A DNA stretch of 64,000 nt from an uncultured Roseivirgaceae bacterium (GCA_964580205.1 CAZOJZ010000458.1:3298-67297), one strand, 5' to 3'. Positions 31,599 to 40,575 are shown, counted from the first letter of the stretch. Numbers and translations: made by a program. The notes: generated by a model from the letters alone, not told the origin.

Positions 31599-32384
31599 TT
31601 ATTCTCCCTGGAAATTTGGCGTGCGTTTCTCAAGAAATGCAGAAGTACCTTCTTTAAAATCGTTGGATTTACAGCAATTAGCAAAACTATTGGCTTCGGT
31701 TTGGTATCCTCTTTGTTCTGGGTCGTAGGCTGCGTTTACGCAATTCACCACCATTCCAACCGCCAGAGGCGCTTTTGACAGGATCTTTGCCAGGATTTCT
31801 TTGCACTTGGTCATTAGTTCATCCTGTGATTCGGTGAGGTAGTTCACAAGGCCGAATTCTAACGCTTTTTGGGCAGTTATGATGTCTCCGGTCATCAATA
31901 GTTCCAGGGACTTGGATTTGCCGATTAGATGTGTTAGCCTCTGGGTGCCTCCATAACCCGGGAGTATCCCCAGGTTAACCTCAGGTTGGCCAAATTTTGC
32001 AGATGAGGTGGCTACACGCAGGTGACATGCCATGGCCAATTCACAACCACCACCCAAGGCATATCCGTTGACAGCAGCAATTACCGGCTTCGGACAACTT
32101 TCTATCATTTGAAACACTTCCTGGCCATTCTCGGCAAATTTTCTTCCATTTAATTCATTTAACTGAGCTATTTCAGCGATATCGGCACCAGCTACAAAAG
32201 CTTTGGAACCAGCCCCGGTTATAATCACCGCTTTTATCTCTGGTGTGTCGTAAACGTTTTGAATAGCGCTTCGCAGTTCATCAACGGTAGCCACATTTAG
32301 GGCATTAAGTTTTTCTTCCCTGTTAATTGAGATGGTAACGACACCATCATCGATGGAAGTCAGTAGATTTACAAAGTTCCACAT
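31599..32384 (-). CDS. Enoyl-CoA hydratase/isomerase family protein
   Basis: The crotonase fold signature is present (VIITGAGSKAFVAGADI...VNGYALGGGCELAMACH...FGQPEVNLGILPGYGGTQRL). Confidence 0.85.
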   Translation of the reverse strand: MWNFVNLLTSIDDGVVTISINREEKLNALNVATVDELRSAIQNVYDTPEIKAVIITGAGSKAFVAGADIAEIAQLNELNGRKFAENGQEVFQMIESCPKPVIAAVNGYALGGGCELAMACHLRVATSSAKFGQPEVNLGILPGYGGTQRLTHLIGKSKSLELLMTGDIITAQKALEFGLVNYLTESQDELMTKCKEILAKILSKAPLAVGMVVNCVNAAYDPEQRGYQTEANSFANCCKSNDFKEGTSAFLEKRTPNFQGE

Positions 32385-32412
32385 AACGATTCTTTTTTTA
32401 AAGATAACAGTT

Positions 32413-33363
32413 TCAATAATTATTTGGCATTATCGCTAAATTCCTAATCATCTCTGCTACCATTCCTTCCAGCCCATACTCATGCTGCCAGCCCCAATCT
32501 TGTCGGGCAATTGAATCATCAATGGTTTGAGGCCAGGTCTGGGCAATAAGATCACGAAAATCGGGATTGTATAGGGTGTTAAATTCCTGGAAATGGGTTT
32601 GTATGGCGGCACTGAGTTCCCCGGGAGTGACGCTAAAAGCAGCAAGGTTGTAGGAGGTTCGCACGGTAATATTTTCTTTGGGAGCAGACATTAGCTCAAT
32701 GGTGGCTTTTACGGCATCCGACATGTACATCATGGGTAATCGGGTGTTTTCTCCTAAGAAGCATTCATAGAGTTCTCCTTTCATGGCACTGTGAAAAATG
32801 GCGATTGCATAGTCGGTAGTACCACCACCTGGCGGAGACTTGTAACTGATAAGGCCCGGATACCGCAAACTGCGAATGTCCAGACCAAACCTTGCGTGAA
32901 AATAATCACACCATAATTCACCAGACAGCTTACTTATTCCGTAAATCGTTTCCGGATCCATAACCGTGTGCTGTGGAGTGTCCAATGATGGAGTGTGCGG
33001 TCCAAAAGCGGCAATCGAACTGGGCCAAAAAACTTTATCTACCGAAAGATCACAGCAAGCTTCCAACACATTGATTAGTCCGTCCATATTGAGGGTCCAG
33101 GCATTACGTGGCTGTTGCTCGCCTTTGGCTGAGAGCATAGCCGCCAGGTGGAATACCACATTAATATGGTGTTCTTTTATAGTTTTATGAACTGCGCTCA
33201 GGTCCAAAACATTCAGGGTCAAAAACTCAAATCCAGATAGATGTTCAGCAGACGGGCTAATGTCAGAAATTATAACATTTTCAGCGCCCATCATTTCAGC
33301 AAGGGCCATAGATAATTCTGAGCCCAGTTGCCCGCAGGCTCCGGTCACCAATGCTCTTTTCAT
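32413..33363 (-). CDS. tdh: L-threonine 3-dehydrogenase, SDR/epimerase-type
   Basis: It has the extended-SDR N-terminus MKRALVTGACGQLGSEL and a YxxxK site (YGISK). It is divergently paired with kbl. I set the start at ATG 33363. The 42-codon upstream extension runs into the repeat array and is rejected. Confidence 0.7.
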   Translation of the reverse strand: MKRALVTGACGQLGSELSMALAEMMGAENVIISDISPSAEHLSGFEFLTLNVLDLSAVHKTIKEHHINVVFHLAAMLSAKGEQQPRNAWTLNMDGLINVLEACCDLSVDKVFWPSSIAAFGPHTPSLDTPQHTVMDPETIYGISKLSGELWCDYFHARFGLDIRSLRYPGLISYKSPPGGGTTDYAIAIFHSAMKGELYECFLGENTRLPMMYMSDAVKATIELMSAPKENITVRTSYNLAAFSVTPGELSAAIQTHFQEFNTLYNPDFRDLIAQTWPQTIDDSIARQDWGWQHEYGLEGMVAEMIRNLAIMPNNY

Positions 33364-33381
33364 ATAAAAAAATTTATGCTG

Positions 33382-33389
33382 CAAAACTA
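33382..33389 (-). promoter_or_regulatory. Candidate -7 box for tdh (TAGTTTTG)
   Basis: It matches TAnnTTTG on the minus strand, 19 nt upstream of ATG 33363. Confidence 0.4.
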
Positions 33390-33437
33390 CGAATTCTGCT
33401 ATACACCCCCAACTGTTGCTGTTTACCGTTGCCCAGG

Positions 33438-33616
33438 AAGCTCCCAGCACTCTGTCTCCAGCGCCATGCTCCCAAGCTCCCAGCGCCATGCTCCCAGTTC
33501 TCCCAGCGCCATACTCCTAGCTCCTCAGCGCCATGCTCCCAGCGCCCAGCGCCATGCTCCCAGCTCCCAGCGCCATGCTCCCAGCTCCCAGCGCCATGCT
33601 CCCAGCGCCCAGCTCC
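33438..33616. repeat. GC-rich tandem array of heptamers (CAGCGCC / ATGCTCC / CAGCTCC) with 21-bp super-period
   Basis: The 14-mer CAGCGCCATGCTCC starts at 33459, 33481, 33505 (1 mismatch), 33526, 33547, 33568 and 33589. That gives spacings of 22, 24, 21, 21, 21 and 21 bp. The array lies entirely in the divergent tdh/kbl intergenic region. Confidence 0.9.
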
Positions 33617-33664
33617 CAACACAACGTATTCTGCCTCCGAAAACTACCCTTATTGAATTCCTAC

Positions 33665-33672
33665 TATCTTTG
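33665..33672 (+). promoter_or_regulatory. Candidate -7 box for kbl (TATCTTTG)
   Basis: It matches TAnnTTTG and ends 19 nt before ATG 33692. Confidence 0.4.
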
Positions 33673-33691
33673 TGCCAGCAAATAATCAACT

Positions 33692-34882
33692 ATGTACGGT
33701 AAACTCAAACAACAACTGTCGCAGGAAATAGATACCATCCGGGACGCCGGATTATACAAAGCAGAAAGGATAATTACCACACCTCAGGGTGCAGTGATCA
33801 AAACTGACGATGGAAAAGAGGTGATAAATTTTTGTGCCAACAATTACCTGGGCCTTTCTTCTCACCCTAAGGTAGTGGAAGCTGCCAAAGCAGCGGTTGA
33901 CAGCCATGGTTACGGAATGTCATCTGTTCGGTTTATCTGTGGCACCCAGGATATTCATAAACAGCTGGAAGCCAAAATATCTCAGTTTCTGGGTACTGAA
34001 GATACCATTTTATATGCCGCTGCCTTTGATGCCAATGGCGGGGTTTTTGAGCCGTTGCTAACTGCCGAGGATGCCATTATTTCCGACACACTCAATCATG
34101 CATCTATTATTGACGGAGTGCGTTTGTGCAAGGCCCAACGATATCGCTACAAACATAATGACATGGAGGATTTGGAAGAGCAATTGAAATTGGCTGCAGC
34201 TCAACGTCACCGGATCATAGTTACCGATGGGGTATTCTCTATGGACGGCACTATTGCTCAGTTGGACAAAATATGTGACCTCGCAGATAAATACCAGGCC
34301 CTGGTAATGTCCGATGAGTGCCATTCCACAGGGTTTATAGGGGCAACCGGCCGGGGAGTTCATGAATACCGTGATGTAATGGGAAGGGTAGATATCATTA
34401 CCGGGACCTTCGGAAAGGCACTAGGCGGGGCCTCGGGGGGATTTACTTCAGGCCATAAAGAAATAGTGGAAATCCTTCGTCAACGTTCCCGTCCCTATTT
34501 ATTTTCTAATACACTGGCCCCATGCATTACAGCCTCAACTATTACAGTTTTAGACATGCTGACCGAAACTACTGAACTTCGGGATACATTGGAAAAAAAC
34601 ACCAAATATTTCAGGGAACATATAACTGCTGCGGGATTTGATATTAATCCCGGGGAACATCCCATAATTCCAATCATGTTATATGATGCAGTTTTATCAC
34701 AGAAGATGTCCCAAGGCCTTTTTGAGCTAGGTGTATACGTAATAGGGTTCTATTACCCAGTGGTACCTGAAGGTCAGGCCAGGATCCGGGTACAGATCTC
34801 CGCAAGCCATCAAAAGGAACATCTGGACCAGGCAATCAAGGCATTTACTTTGGTGGGTAAAGAGTTGGGAGTGATTGATTAA
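33692..34882 (+). CDS. kbl: Glycine C-acetyltransferase (2-amino-3-ketobutyrate CoA ligase)
   Basis: This is a class II aminotransferase with a PLP-lysine context ([12 protein letters not shown]) and the N-terminal block [13 protein letters not shown]. Length is 396 aa. It pairs with tdh. Confidence 0.9.
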   Translation: MYGKLKQQLSQEIDTIRDAGLYKAERIITTPQGAVIKTDDGKEVINFCANNYLGLSSHPKVVEAAKAAVDSHGYGMSSVRFICGTQDIHKQLEAKISQFLGTEDTILYAAAFDANGGVFEPLLTAEDAIISDTLNHASIIDGVRLCKAQRYRYKHNDMEDLEEQLKLAAAQRHRIIVTDGVFSMDGTIAQLDKICDLADKYQALVMSDECHSTGFIGATGRGVHEYRDVMGRVDIITGTFGKALGGASGGFTSGHKEIVEILRQRSRPYLFSNTLAPCITASTITVLDMLTETTELRDTLEKNTKYFREHITAAGFDINPGEHPIIPIMLYDAVLSQKMSQGLFELGVYVIGFYYPVVPEGQARIRVQISASHQKEHLDQAIKAFTLVGKELGVID

Positions 34883-35059
34883 ACCCGGATTATGCACTAG
34901 AAATCTATTACGAGCCTTAACTGACTACAATCTAGGCATTTGCTCGATTTTTCCTACTCACCATAACGGTGCTATATTTCCGTTGCAAAAATCTGCGCGA
35001 GTGCCTATCTCACAGCCATTTAAGGCTCTCACTACGAAGTCTAATGCATAATCCGGGTT
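34882..35059. repeat. 178-bp imperfect palindromic intergenic element (long bulged hairpin; REP/MITE-like)
   Basis: AACCCGGATTATGCA (34882-34896) is the exact reverse complement of 35045-35059. Inner complementary blocks are GAGCCTTAA (34912-34920) with TTAAGGCTC (35020-35028), TAGGCA with TGCCTA, and CTCG with CGAG. A partial third arm copy follows at 35060-35085. Confidence 0.75.
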
Positions 35060-35086
35060 AAACCCAGATTATGAGACTACGTAGTG

Positions 35087-35956
35087 TTAAACCTGGGCGA
35101 TCTCCTGATCTTTATCAGGCTCGGACACAATTTTACCTTTTTCAAAAGACGTGGACTGCTTATCTTCATATAGATAATTATTGATAGCAGATCGCAGTTC
35201 CTGGGCTGAAAGGTTGTGCATTATTTTTCCGTTCCTTGCCAATGACATTTGTCCGGTTTCTTCAGAGACCACCAAAACCAGACTGTCCGTGGCCTCGGAC
35301 ATCCCAAGGGCCGCCCTGTGTCTGAGTCCGTACTGGGCGGGAATATGTTTCTGCTCGGTAAGAGGCAGGATGCATCTTGCAGCCACAATCTTTCCCTGGT
35401 AGAGAATCACCGCGCCATCATGAAGTGGCGAGTTTTTATTAAAAATAGCCAGAAGCAGCCGCTTGGAAATATGCGCATCAATCAGATCACCGGATTCTGC
35501 ATAAAACTCCAGCGGTGAATCACGTGAAAAAATAATCAGCGCCCCGTAGTTTGCGCCTCCCAGGCTTTTAACTGCTTCAATCACTGGAGTAATGTCCACT
35601 TTGTCAATGTTTTTGCCGCGGCGCCCCAGAAGATTGTTAATCAGGGTTTGCCGGTCTACAGAGGTAGTCTTTCCGATCAACAACAGGAATTTTCTAATCT
35701 CAGGTTGAAACAGGATGATGACAGCGATTACTCCGACCCCCATAAACTGTCCCAATATCGAGGAAAGTAACTCCATTTGGGCGGCCTTAACTACCAGGAA
35801 AATCAGATAAAGTGACAAGAAGCCAAGAAATACCTTGATGGCGACACTTCCACGCATCAGTTTGTAGATCTGATATAGCAAAACACTGACCAAGCCAATG
35901 TCGATAATATCTACTAGTTTGATCTCCAGGAACCCGATTTGAAAAAGCAGTGTCAC
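35087..35956 (-). CDS. cdaA: Diadenylate cyclase CdaA (c-di-AMP synthase)
   Basis: Three N-terminal TM helices precede a DAC domain (GALIIF...SPLHDGAVILYQGKIVAARCILPLT...GLRHRAALGMSE.TDSLVLVVSEETGQMS). The GTG start overlaps the folP stop (GTGA). Confidence 0.85.
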   Translation of the reverse strand: MTLLFQIGFLEIKLVDIIDIGLVSVLLYQIYKLMRGSVAIKVFLGFLSLYLIFLVVKAAQMELLSSILGQFMGVGVIAVIILFQPEIRKFLLLIGKTTSVDRQTLINNLLGRRGKNIDKVDITPVIEAVKSLGGANYGALIIFSRDSPLEFYAESGDLIDAHISKRLLLAIFNKNSPLHDGAVILYQGKIVAARCILPLTEQKHIPAQYGLRHRAALGMSEATDSLVLVVSEETGQMSLARNGKIMHNLSAQELRSAINNYLYEDKQSTSFEKGKIVSEPDKDQEIAQV

Positions 35957-36810
35957 GGATAAGTTCGTTTAAAAAGGCTGACTGTTTCGCGTGCAGCCCG
36001 TACGTCATGAACACGCAGAATCGAGGCCCCGTTCATCAGAGCTATGGTATTTAACACACAGGTCCCTGTCAGGGCTTCACCCGCTGACATTTTCAGGGTC
36101 TTGTAGATCATGGATTTACGAGAAAGGCCGACCAACAGCGGAACATTCAATTCTTTAAAATAACCCAAATTTTTCAGTAAAACATAGTTCTGGTCGGTGG
36201 TTTTGGCGAATCCAAAACCTGGATCCACCAAGATGTCTTTTACGCCAAGATTAATTAATTGCTCAATCCGGATAACAAAGTACTTCATCACTTGAGTAAT
36301 CAGATGTTCATAGTCTGTTTCTGAGGACATGGTACGTGGATCACCACGCATATGCATTAATATATATGGGGCCCCTCGCTCTGCTACTGTATGGAACATT
36401 GATGGGTCCAGACTACCGCCACTGATGTCGTTTACCATATCTGCCCCGGCATCAATTGCTGCTACTGCCACTTCGGACCTAAAGGTGTCAATTGACAGAG
36501 GCATCTCTGGTGCAAGGGATCTGGCCTTCTCGATGGCTGGTATTACTCTTTCTATCTCTTCCTGAATGGATATTTCATCTGCTCCGGGTCTTGACGAAGA
36601 GCCGCCAATATCTATGATATCAGCGCCTTCATTTATCATTTGTGTCAACCTATTGATCAGAGTATTTTCGCAATTGAATAGATTGCCATCGTAGAATGAA
36701 TCAGGCGTTACATTGAGAATTCCCATCACCAGAGGATTGTCCAGGTGGTAGAGTTTTCCCCTGAGGTTAAGTGTTTTTTTTGAGGAAAAAGGGGTAACTT
36801 TCGATTCCAT
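35953..36810 (-). CDS. folP: Dihydropteroate synthase
   Basis: The pterin-binding domain is present (MGILNVTPDSF...IIDIGGSSSRPGA...DPGFGFAKT). ATG at 36810 gives a typical 285 aa. The longer ORF to 36894 would overlap the divergent neighbour. Confidence 0.85.
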   Translation of the reverse strand: MESKVTPFSSKKTLNLRGKLYHLDNPLVMGILNVTPDSFYDGNLFNCENTLINRLTQMINEGADIIDIGGSSSRPGADEISIQEEIERVIPAIEKARSLAPEMPLSIDTFRSEVAVAAIDAGADMVNDISGGSLDPSMFHTVAERGAPYILMHMRGDPRTMSSETDYEHLITQVMKYFVIRIEQLINLGVKDILVDPGFGFAKTTDQNYVLLKNLGYFKELNVPLLVGLSRKSMIYKTLKMSAGEALTGTCVLNTIALMNGASILRVHDVRAARETVSLFKRTYP

Positions 36811-36849
36811 GATCCAGCCCGGATAGGTTTCTCTAAATTTAGATAAAAG

Positions 36850-37398
36850 TTGATAAATCAAACAATAGACCAGTACAAACAGGTGGTAAAGCAATGCAAA
36901 GAATTATTTGCCAAGAAAACCAAGGATTATGGAACCGCCTGGCGCATCCTTAGGATTCCATCCATGACGGACCAAATTTTCATTAAAGCACAGCGGATCC
37001 GGACCATTCAGGAAAAGGGCCAACAGAGAGTTTCAGAAGGCATTAGCTCAGAATTCATCGGTATCGTAAATTATTGCATTATAGCCATCATTCAGATTGG
37101 ATTTGAAGAAGGAGAGTCATTGGACATTGAATACAAAGAATTGGAACCACTTTACGACCAAACCATAAGTGAAGTGATCACATTACTTGAGGATAAAAAC
37201 CATGATTACGATGAGGCCTGGAGGCATATGCGCATCACTTCCATTACAGATATCATATTGATGAAGCTGTTGCGGGTTAAGCAAATTGAGGATAATCAGG
37301 GCAAGACCCTGGTATCCGAGGGAGTAAAGGCGAATTATCAGGACATCATCAATTATGCTATTTTTTGCCTGATAAAACTAAATCAAGGCGAATCATGA
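36850..37398 (+). CDS. DUF1599-like protein with internal two-fold repeat
   Basis: Two homologous halves are visible (KDYGTAWRILRIPSMTDQIFIKAQRIRTIQ and HDYDEAWRHMRITSITDIILMKLLRVKQIE). The start codon is uncertain (TTG at 36850). Confidence 0.5.
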   Translation: MINQTIDQYKQVVKQCKELFAKKTKDYGTAWRILRIPSMTDQIFIKAQRIRTIQEKGQQRVSEGISSEFIGIVNYCIIAIIQIGFEEGESLDIEYKELEPLYDQTISEVITLLEDKNHDYDEAWRHMRITSITDIILMKLLRVKQIEDNQGKTLVSEGVKANYQDIINYAIFCLIKLNQGES

Positions 37399-38489
37399 GT
37401 TGGGTAAAATCAGCAGCACGTTTCGCGGTGGGGGGGCTGTTTATCTTTTCCGGTTTGATTAAGGTGAATGATCCGGTAGGGACGGCCATAAAACTGGAGG
37501 AGTATTTCAACGTGTTTAGTAGTGATTTTGCTCCATTTTTTGGAACTCTAGAGCCTTTTGCCTTGTATTTCTCTATTTTCCTGGTGGTTTTGGAAGTGGC
37601 ATTGGGAGTAGCTGTTTTGATTAATTTCCGCATGTCAACTACTTCCTGGATATTGCTGTTGCTTATCCTTTTTTTTAGTTTTCTGACTTTTTATTCTGCC
37701 TTTTTTAATAAAGTAACGGACTGTGGCTGTTTCGGAGATGCCATCAAGCTGACCCCATGGGAGAGTTTTACCAAAGATTTAATATTGCTGTCATTGATTT
37801 TGGTAATATTTCCCTTTCGCCACCAGTTCAAGCCCTTGTTTGGGAAACGAATAGGCGGTCTGGTCGTTGGACTGGTAGTTGTGGTCAATGTTTATTTAGC
37901 TATTCATGCTGTTAGGCACCTCCCATTCATTGATTTCAGGGCATATAAAGCAGGTGTCAGTATTCCAGCAAGTATGGAGCCTTCGGAGCCCTTAAGGCAT
38001 CTTTATATCATGGAAAAAGGTGGTGAAAAATTTGAATTTGAATCATATCCCACCGATACATCGTATCATTATTTAGACATTGAATTGTTAAATCCGGAGG
38101 CCCAGCCTACAATAACTGATTACAGTGTTTGGAATACCGACGGGGAGGATGTTACCGGCCAGACATTCCAGGGCGCTCAATTACTGATCGTGGTGCATTA
38201 TGTGGAGAAGGCGGATACCGCAATATTTAAGGAGATCAATGATCTGGTTAACCAGGTAGACGGTGAAATAGGCGTTATGGTACTCACCGCGTCTGATGAA
38301 GCATCATTCGAAGTGTTTAGACATGAGGTACAACTAGCAGCTCCATACTACTTTGCGGATGCAACAGTGCTAAAGACAATGATAAGGTCAAATCCAGGAA
38401 TTTTGTTATTAAAAGAAGGCCAGATCAGAGGGAAATGGCATTTTAGAGATGTTCCAACCTCAGCGCAACTCATGAAATTAAGTTTTTAA
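37395..38489 (+). CDS. Membrane protein: DoxX-like N-terminal helices + soluble thioredoxin-fold-like C-terminal domain
   Basis: The N-terminal half has four or so TM helices with a CGCFGD motif. The C-terminal half is soluble. ATG at 37395 overlaps the upstream stop (ATGA). The family call is tentative. Confidence 0.45.
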   Translation: MSWVKSAARFAVGGLFIFSGLIKVNDPVGTAIKLEEYFNVFSSDFAPFFGTLEPFALYFSIFLVVLEVALGVAVLINFRMSTTSWILLLLILFFSFLTFYSAFFNKVTDCGCFGDAIKLTPWESFTKDLILLSLILVIFPFRHQFKPLFGKRIGGLVVGLVVVVNVYLAIHAVRHLPFIDFRAYKAGVSIPASMEPSEPLRHLYIMEKGGEKFEFESYPTDTSYHYLDIELLNPEAQPTITDYSVWNTDGEDVTGQTFQGAQLLIVVHYVEKADTAIFKEINDLVNQVDGEIGVMVLTASDEASFEVFRHEVQLAAPYYFADATVLKTMIRSNPGILLLKEGQIRGKWHFRDVPTSAQLMKLSF

Positions 38490-38492
38490 ACC

Positions 38493-39023
38493 GTGAGCAC
38501 TATTACCATCCCTGACAATATCTATCTGTTGGGCATGCCGGGAAGTGGTAAGTCAACCTTGGGCATTGCATTATCTGAGCAGTTGAGAATTGCATTTTTT
38601 GATCTGGACCAGTACATAGAATATCAGGCAGGCAAGCACATATCCCAAATATTTACTGAAGACGGTGAGGATGGATTTAGGGTATTAGAAAACAATTGTT
38701 TGCGGCGATTAAGTGAGCAATCTTACCCGAAGGTAATAGCTACTGGTGGTGGTACCCCTTGTTTCCGACATAATATTGATTATATCATCAATAATGGTGT
38801 GGGTATTTTCCTGGATGTACCCCTGAAAACAATAGCCGAACGATTGATTGAACAGGGTACGGAAGAGCGCCCCTTGCTAAAGAATAAAACTCCAAAGGAA
38901 CTTCTAGGCCAGCTTAAGGATCACTTTCTCCAAAGAAAAGCCTATTATCTTAAAGCTCAAATCCATATGGAAGGCCCAAGTATTACAATGGACGATATCG
39001 TTGAGGCGCTGAAGGCCATTTAA
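38493..39023 (+). CDS. aroK: Shikimate kinase
   Basis: A Walker A motif is present (LLGMPGSGKSTLG), along with shikimate-binding D..I and GGG motifs (IATGGGTP). Length is 176 aa with a GTG start. Confidence 0.85.
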   Translation: MSTITIPDNIYLLGMPGSGKSTLGIALSEQLRIAFFDLDQYIEYQAGKHISQIFTEDGEDGFRVLENNCLRRLSEQSYPKVIATGGGTPCFRHNIDYIINNGVGIFLDVPLKTIAERLIEQGTEERPLLKNKTPKELLGQLKDHFLQRKAYYLKAQIHMEGPSITMDDIVEALKAI

Positions 39024-39064
39024 TTTAAGGCCCTCGCTACAAAGTCTAACCACAATTCCGGGTT
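39024..39064. repeat. Second (half) copy of the palindromic-element arm
   Basis: TTTAAGGCCCTCGCTACAAAGTCTAACCACAATTCCGGGTT matches 35019-35059 at 32 of 41 positions by my count. It fills the gap between convergent aroK and the OM barrel gene exactly. Confidence 0.6.
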
Positions 39065-40575
39065 TAAAATTTAAAGCCCAAAGTTAAAACAGCATTTTCT
39101 GAGATGTTTTCAATAAAAGCGGTTGGGCCTTCTGGGTATGGACTGGCCGAAATATTATAATTGGACCGTACGTACGAAGCATCCACAAAGAACTTTTTAA
39201 ATCGCAATCCCAGCCCTGCGGTTAAAGACTCCCTGCTGCGATCAATGCCATCGGCACCTTCTAACGGGTCTTCCTGTAAGGAGTAACCGGCTCGCAGGCG
39301 CAGTGCTTTAAAACGTAGTTCTGCTCCAACCCTGTAGTTCAATACTGAACCATAGGTACTTACCTCTTGATTGGTATCTGAAAAATCAAATTCATCACTG
39401 GTCAGTTTTGCCGATCCATAATCCACCCATTCCACATCTGCTGAAATGAAACCAAATTTATCCAGGAACAAGGCCGCTCCTCCATTTAGTCTACCAGGAG
39501 TTCTGAGCCGGTATCTTAATGGTAGAAAAATTACTTCATCGCTTATGACCCCGGTGTTGAAATCGGCTGACATAGACAGATAAGATTCATCCCGCATCTC
39601 ATAGAAAGTTGGGGAGGTGTAGGATACGCCTAAGGTCAATACATTTACCGGCCTCAGAATGATCCCAAGGGTTCCGTTGATTCCGGTTCCTTTGAGTTGT
39701 CTATCATCAACCAGGGTAAACTCAGTGAGGTCCGCATCCGTAGGAGTTTCGCGATAAACTCGCTGTTGGTCCAATCGCAAAGTGTTAATTCCAACCGCAG
39801 CACCAATGTAAAACCTATCTGCAAAATTGGCCCCGTACGAGAAGTTGGATTGGTAGTGCCCACCTGTGGTGGTTATCATTTCTTCCTGTAGGGTAGGAAA
39901 TTCATCTGATGGAAAAGCGATCTGATCCGGATCGAAAATATCGTAGATATTGCGGTCATAGAAGAAGGTAGTATCCCCTGAAGTGTTTCCATCAAAGAAC
40001 CTGTCGATCAATGTTGTTTGAAAAGCCAGAAACGGTAGCTCTGGTAAGAGATCTGGATTGTCATAAGCATCCGGTCCTTGCGCATTGGCCTCATCAACCG
40101 CATAATCGATAAAGTCCTCAACGGTATTGGAGCCCTGATATATAATTTGGTTTTGAAAATTAGCAATTCTGGAAGTTCCAAATCCGAAAGAGCCACCTTT
40201 AAAGCCGTTGGAGCGTTGTGAAGAAGGGCTTTTATATATTACCGCTCCAGCATTAGCCAGATAAAAGTTGCTATGATCATTATTTAGGGTTGAACCAAGA
40301 TAACTTGATGTGTTGTTGATGATCAAGTATCCTGGACTGATGGAAAATTCCGAGGAGTTGTAGAAGCCCAGCCCTGCCGGGTTGCCTGAAATGGAACTGA
40401 TGTCACCTCCAAGTGCTGTTTTAACCCCCCCGATTCCCTGAAAACGGGCGGTGCCGTGAATTTCCTGCTGACTCATTATGCGGGCAAAATCAGCATAACT
40501 TTGCCCCTGTGCCGGGCTTTGGTTTAAGCAAACCAAGCCCGTGCTTATTAATATAAGCGTGTAGATACGTCTCAT
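39064..40575 (-). CDS. Outer-membrane beta-barrel protein, FadL/PorV-fold-like (function unknown)
   Basis: It has a signal peptide (..PAQGQ) and an N-terminal motif of the FadL/OMPP1 type (GIGGVKTALGGDISSISGNPAGLGF). Amphipathic strands alternate throughout. The C-terminus is aromatic (LTLGFKF). Confidence 0.5.
   Translation of the reverse strand: MRRIYTLILISTGLVCLNQSPAQGQSYADFARIMSQQEIHGTARFQGIGGVKTALGGDISSISGNPAGLGFYNSSEFSISPGYLIINNTSSYLGSTLNNDHSNFYLANAGAVIYKSPSSQRSNGFKGGSFGFGTSRIANFQNQIIYQGSNTVEDFIDYAVDEANAQGPDAYDNPDLLPELPFLAFQTTLIDRFFDGNTSGDTTFFYDRNIYDIFDPDQIAFPSDEFPTLQEEMITTTGGHYQSNFSYGANFADRFYIGAAVGINTLRLDQQRVYRETPTDADLTEFTLVDDRQLKGTGINGTLGIILRPVNVLTLGVSYTSPTFYEMRDESYLSMSADFNTGVISDEVIFLPLRYRLRTPGRLNGGAALFLDKFGFISADVEWVDYGSAKLTSDEFDFSDTNQEVSTYGSVLNYRVGAELRFKALRLRAGYSLQEDPLEGADGIDRSRESLTAGLGLRFKKFFVDASYVRSNYNISASPYPEGPTAFIENISENAVLTLGFKF

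Noticed and set aside
33364-33489. A 42-codon N-terminal extension of the tdh ORF (MALGAWEHGAGDRV...).
   Set aside because: The extension is translated from the repeat array. The canonical SDR N-terminus MKRALVTGACGQLG begins at ATG 33363, with a -7 box 19 nt upstream.
33438-33616. Possible CRISPR array.
   Set aside because: The repeats are contiguous 7/21-bp units with no unique spacers, and there are no cas genes in the window.
33328-33702. ORFs on both strands across the tandem array (for example the 82-aa WEHGAGS-repeat peptide at 33374-33622 on the minus strand, and the QRHAPSS-repeat ORFs on the plus strand).
   Set aside because: A 21-bp unit with no stop codons keeps several frames open automatically. 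The ORFs overlap each other and the candidate tdh and kbl promoter boxes. None has a convincing start context. They are repeat artefacts.
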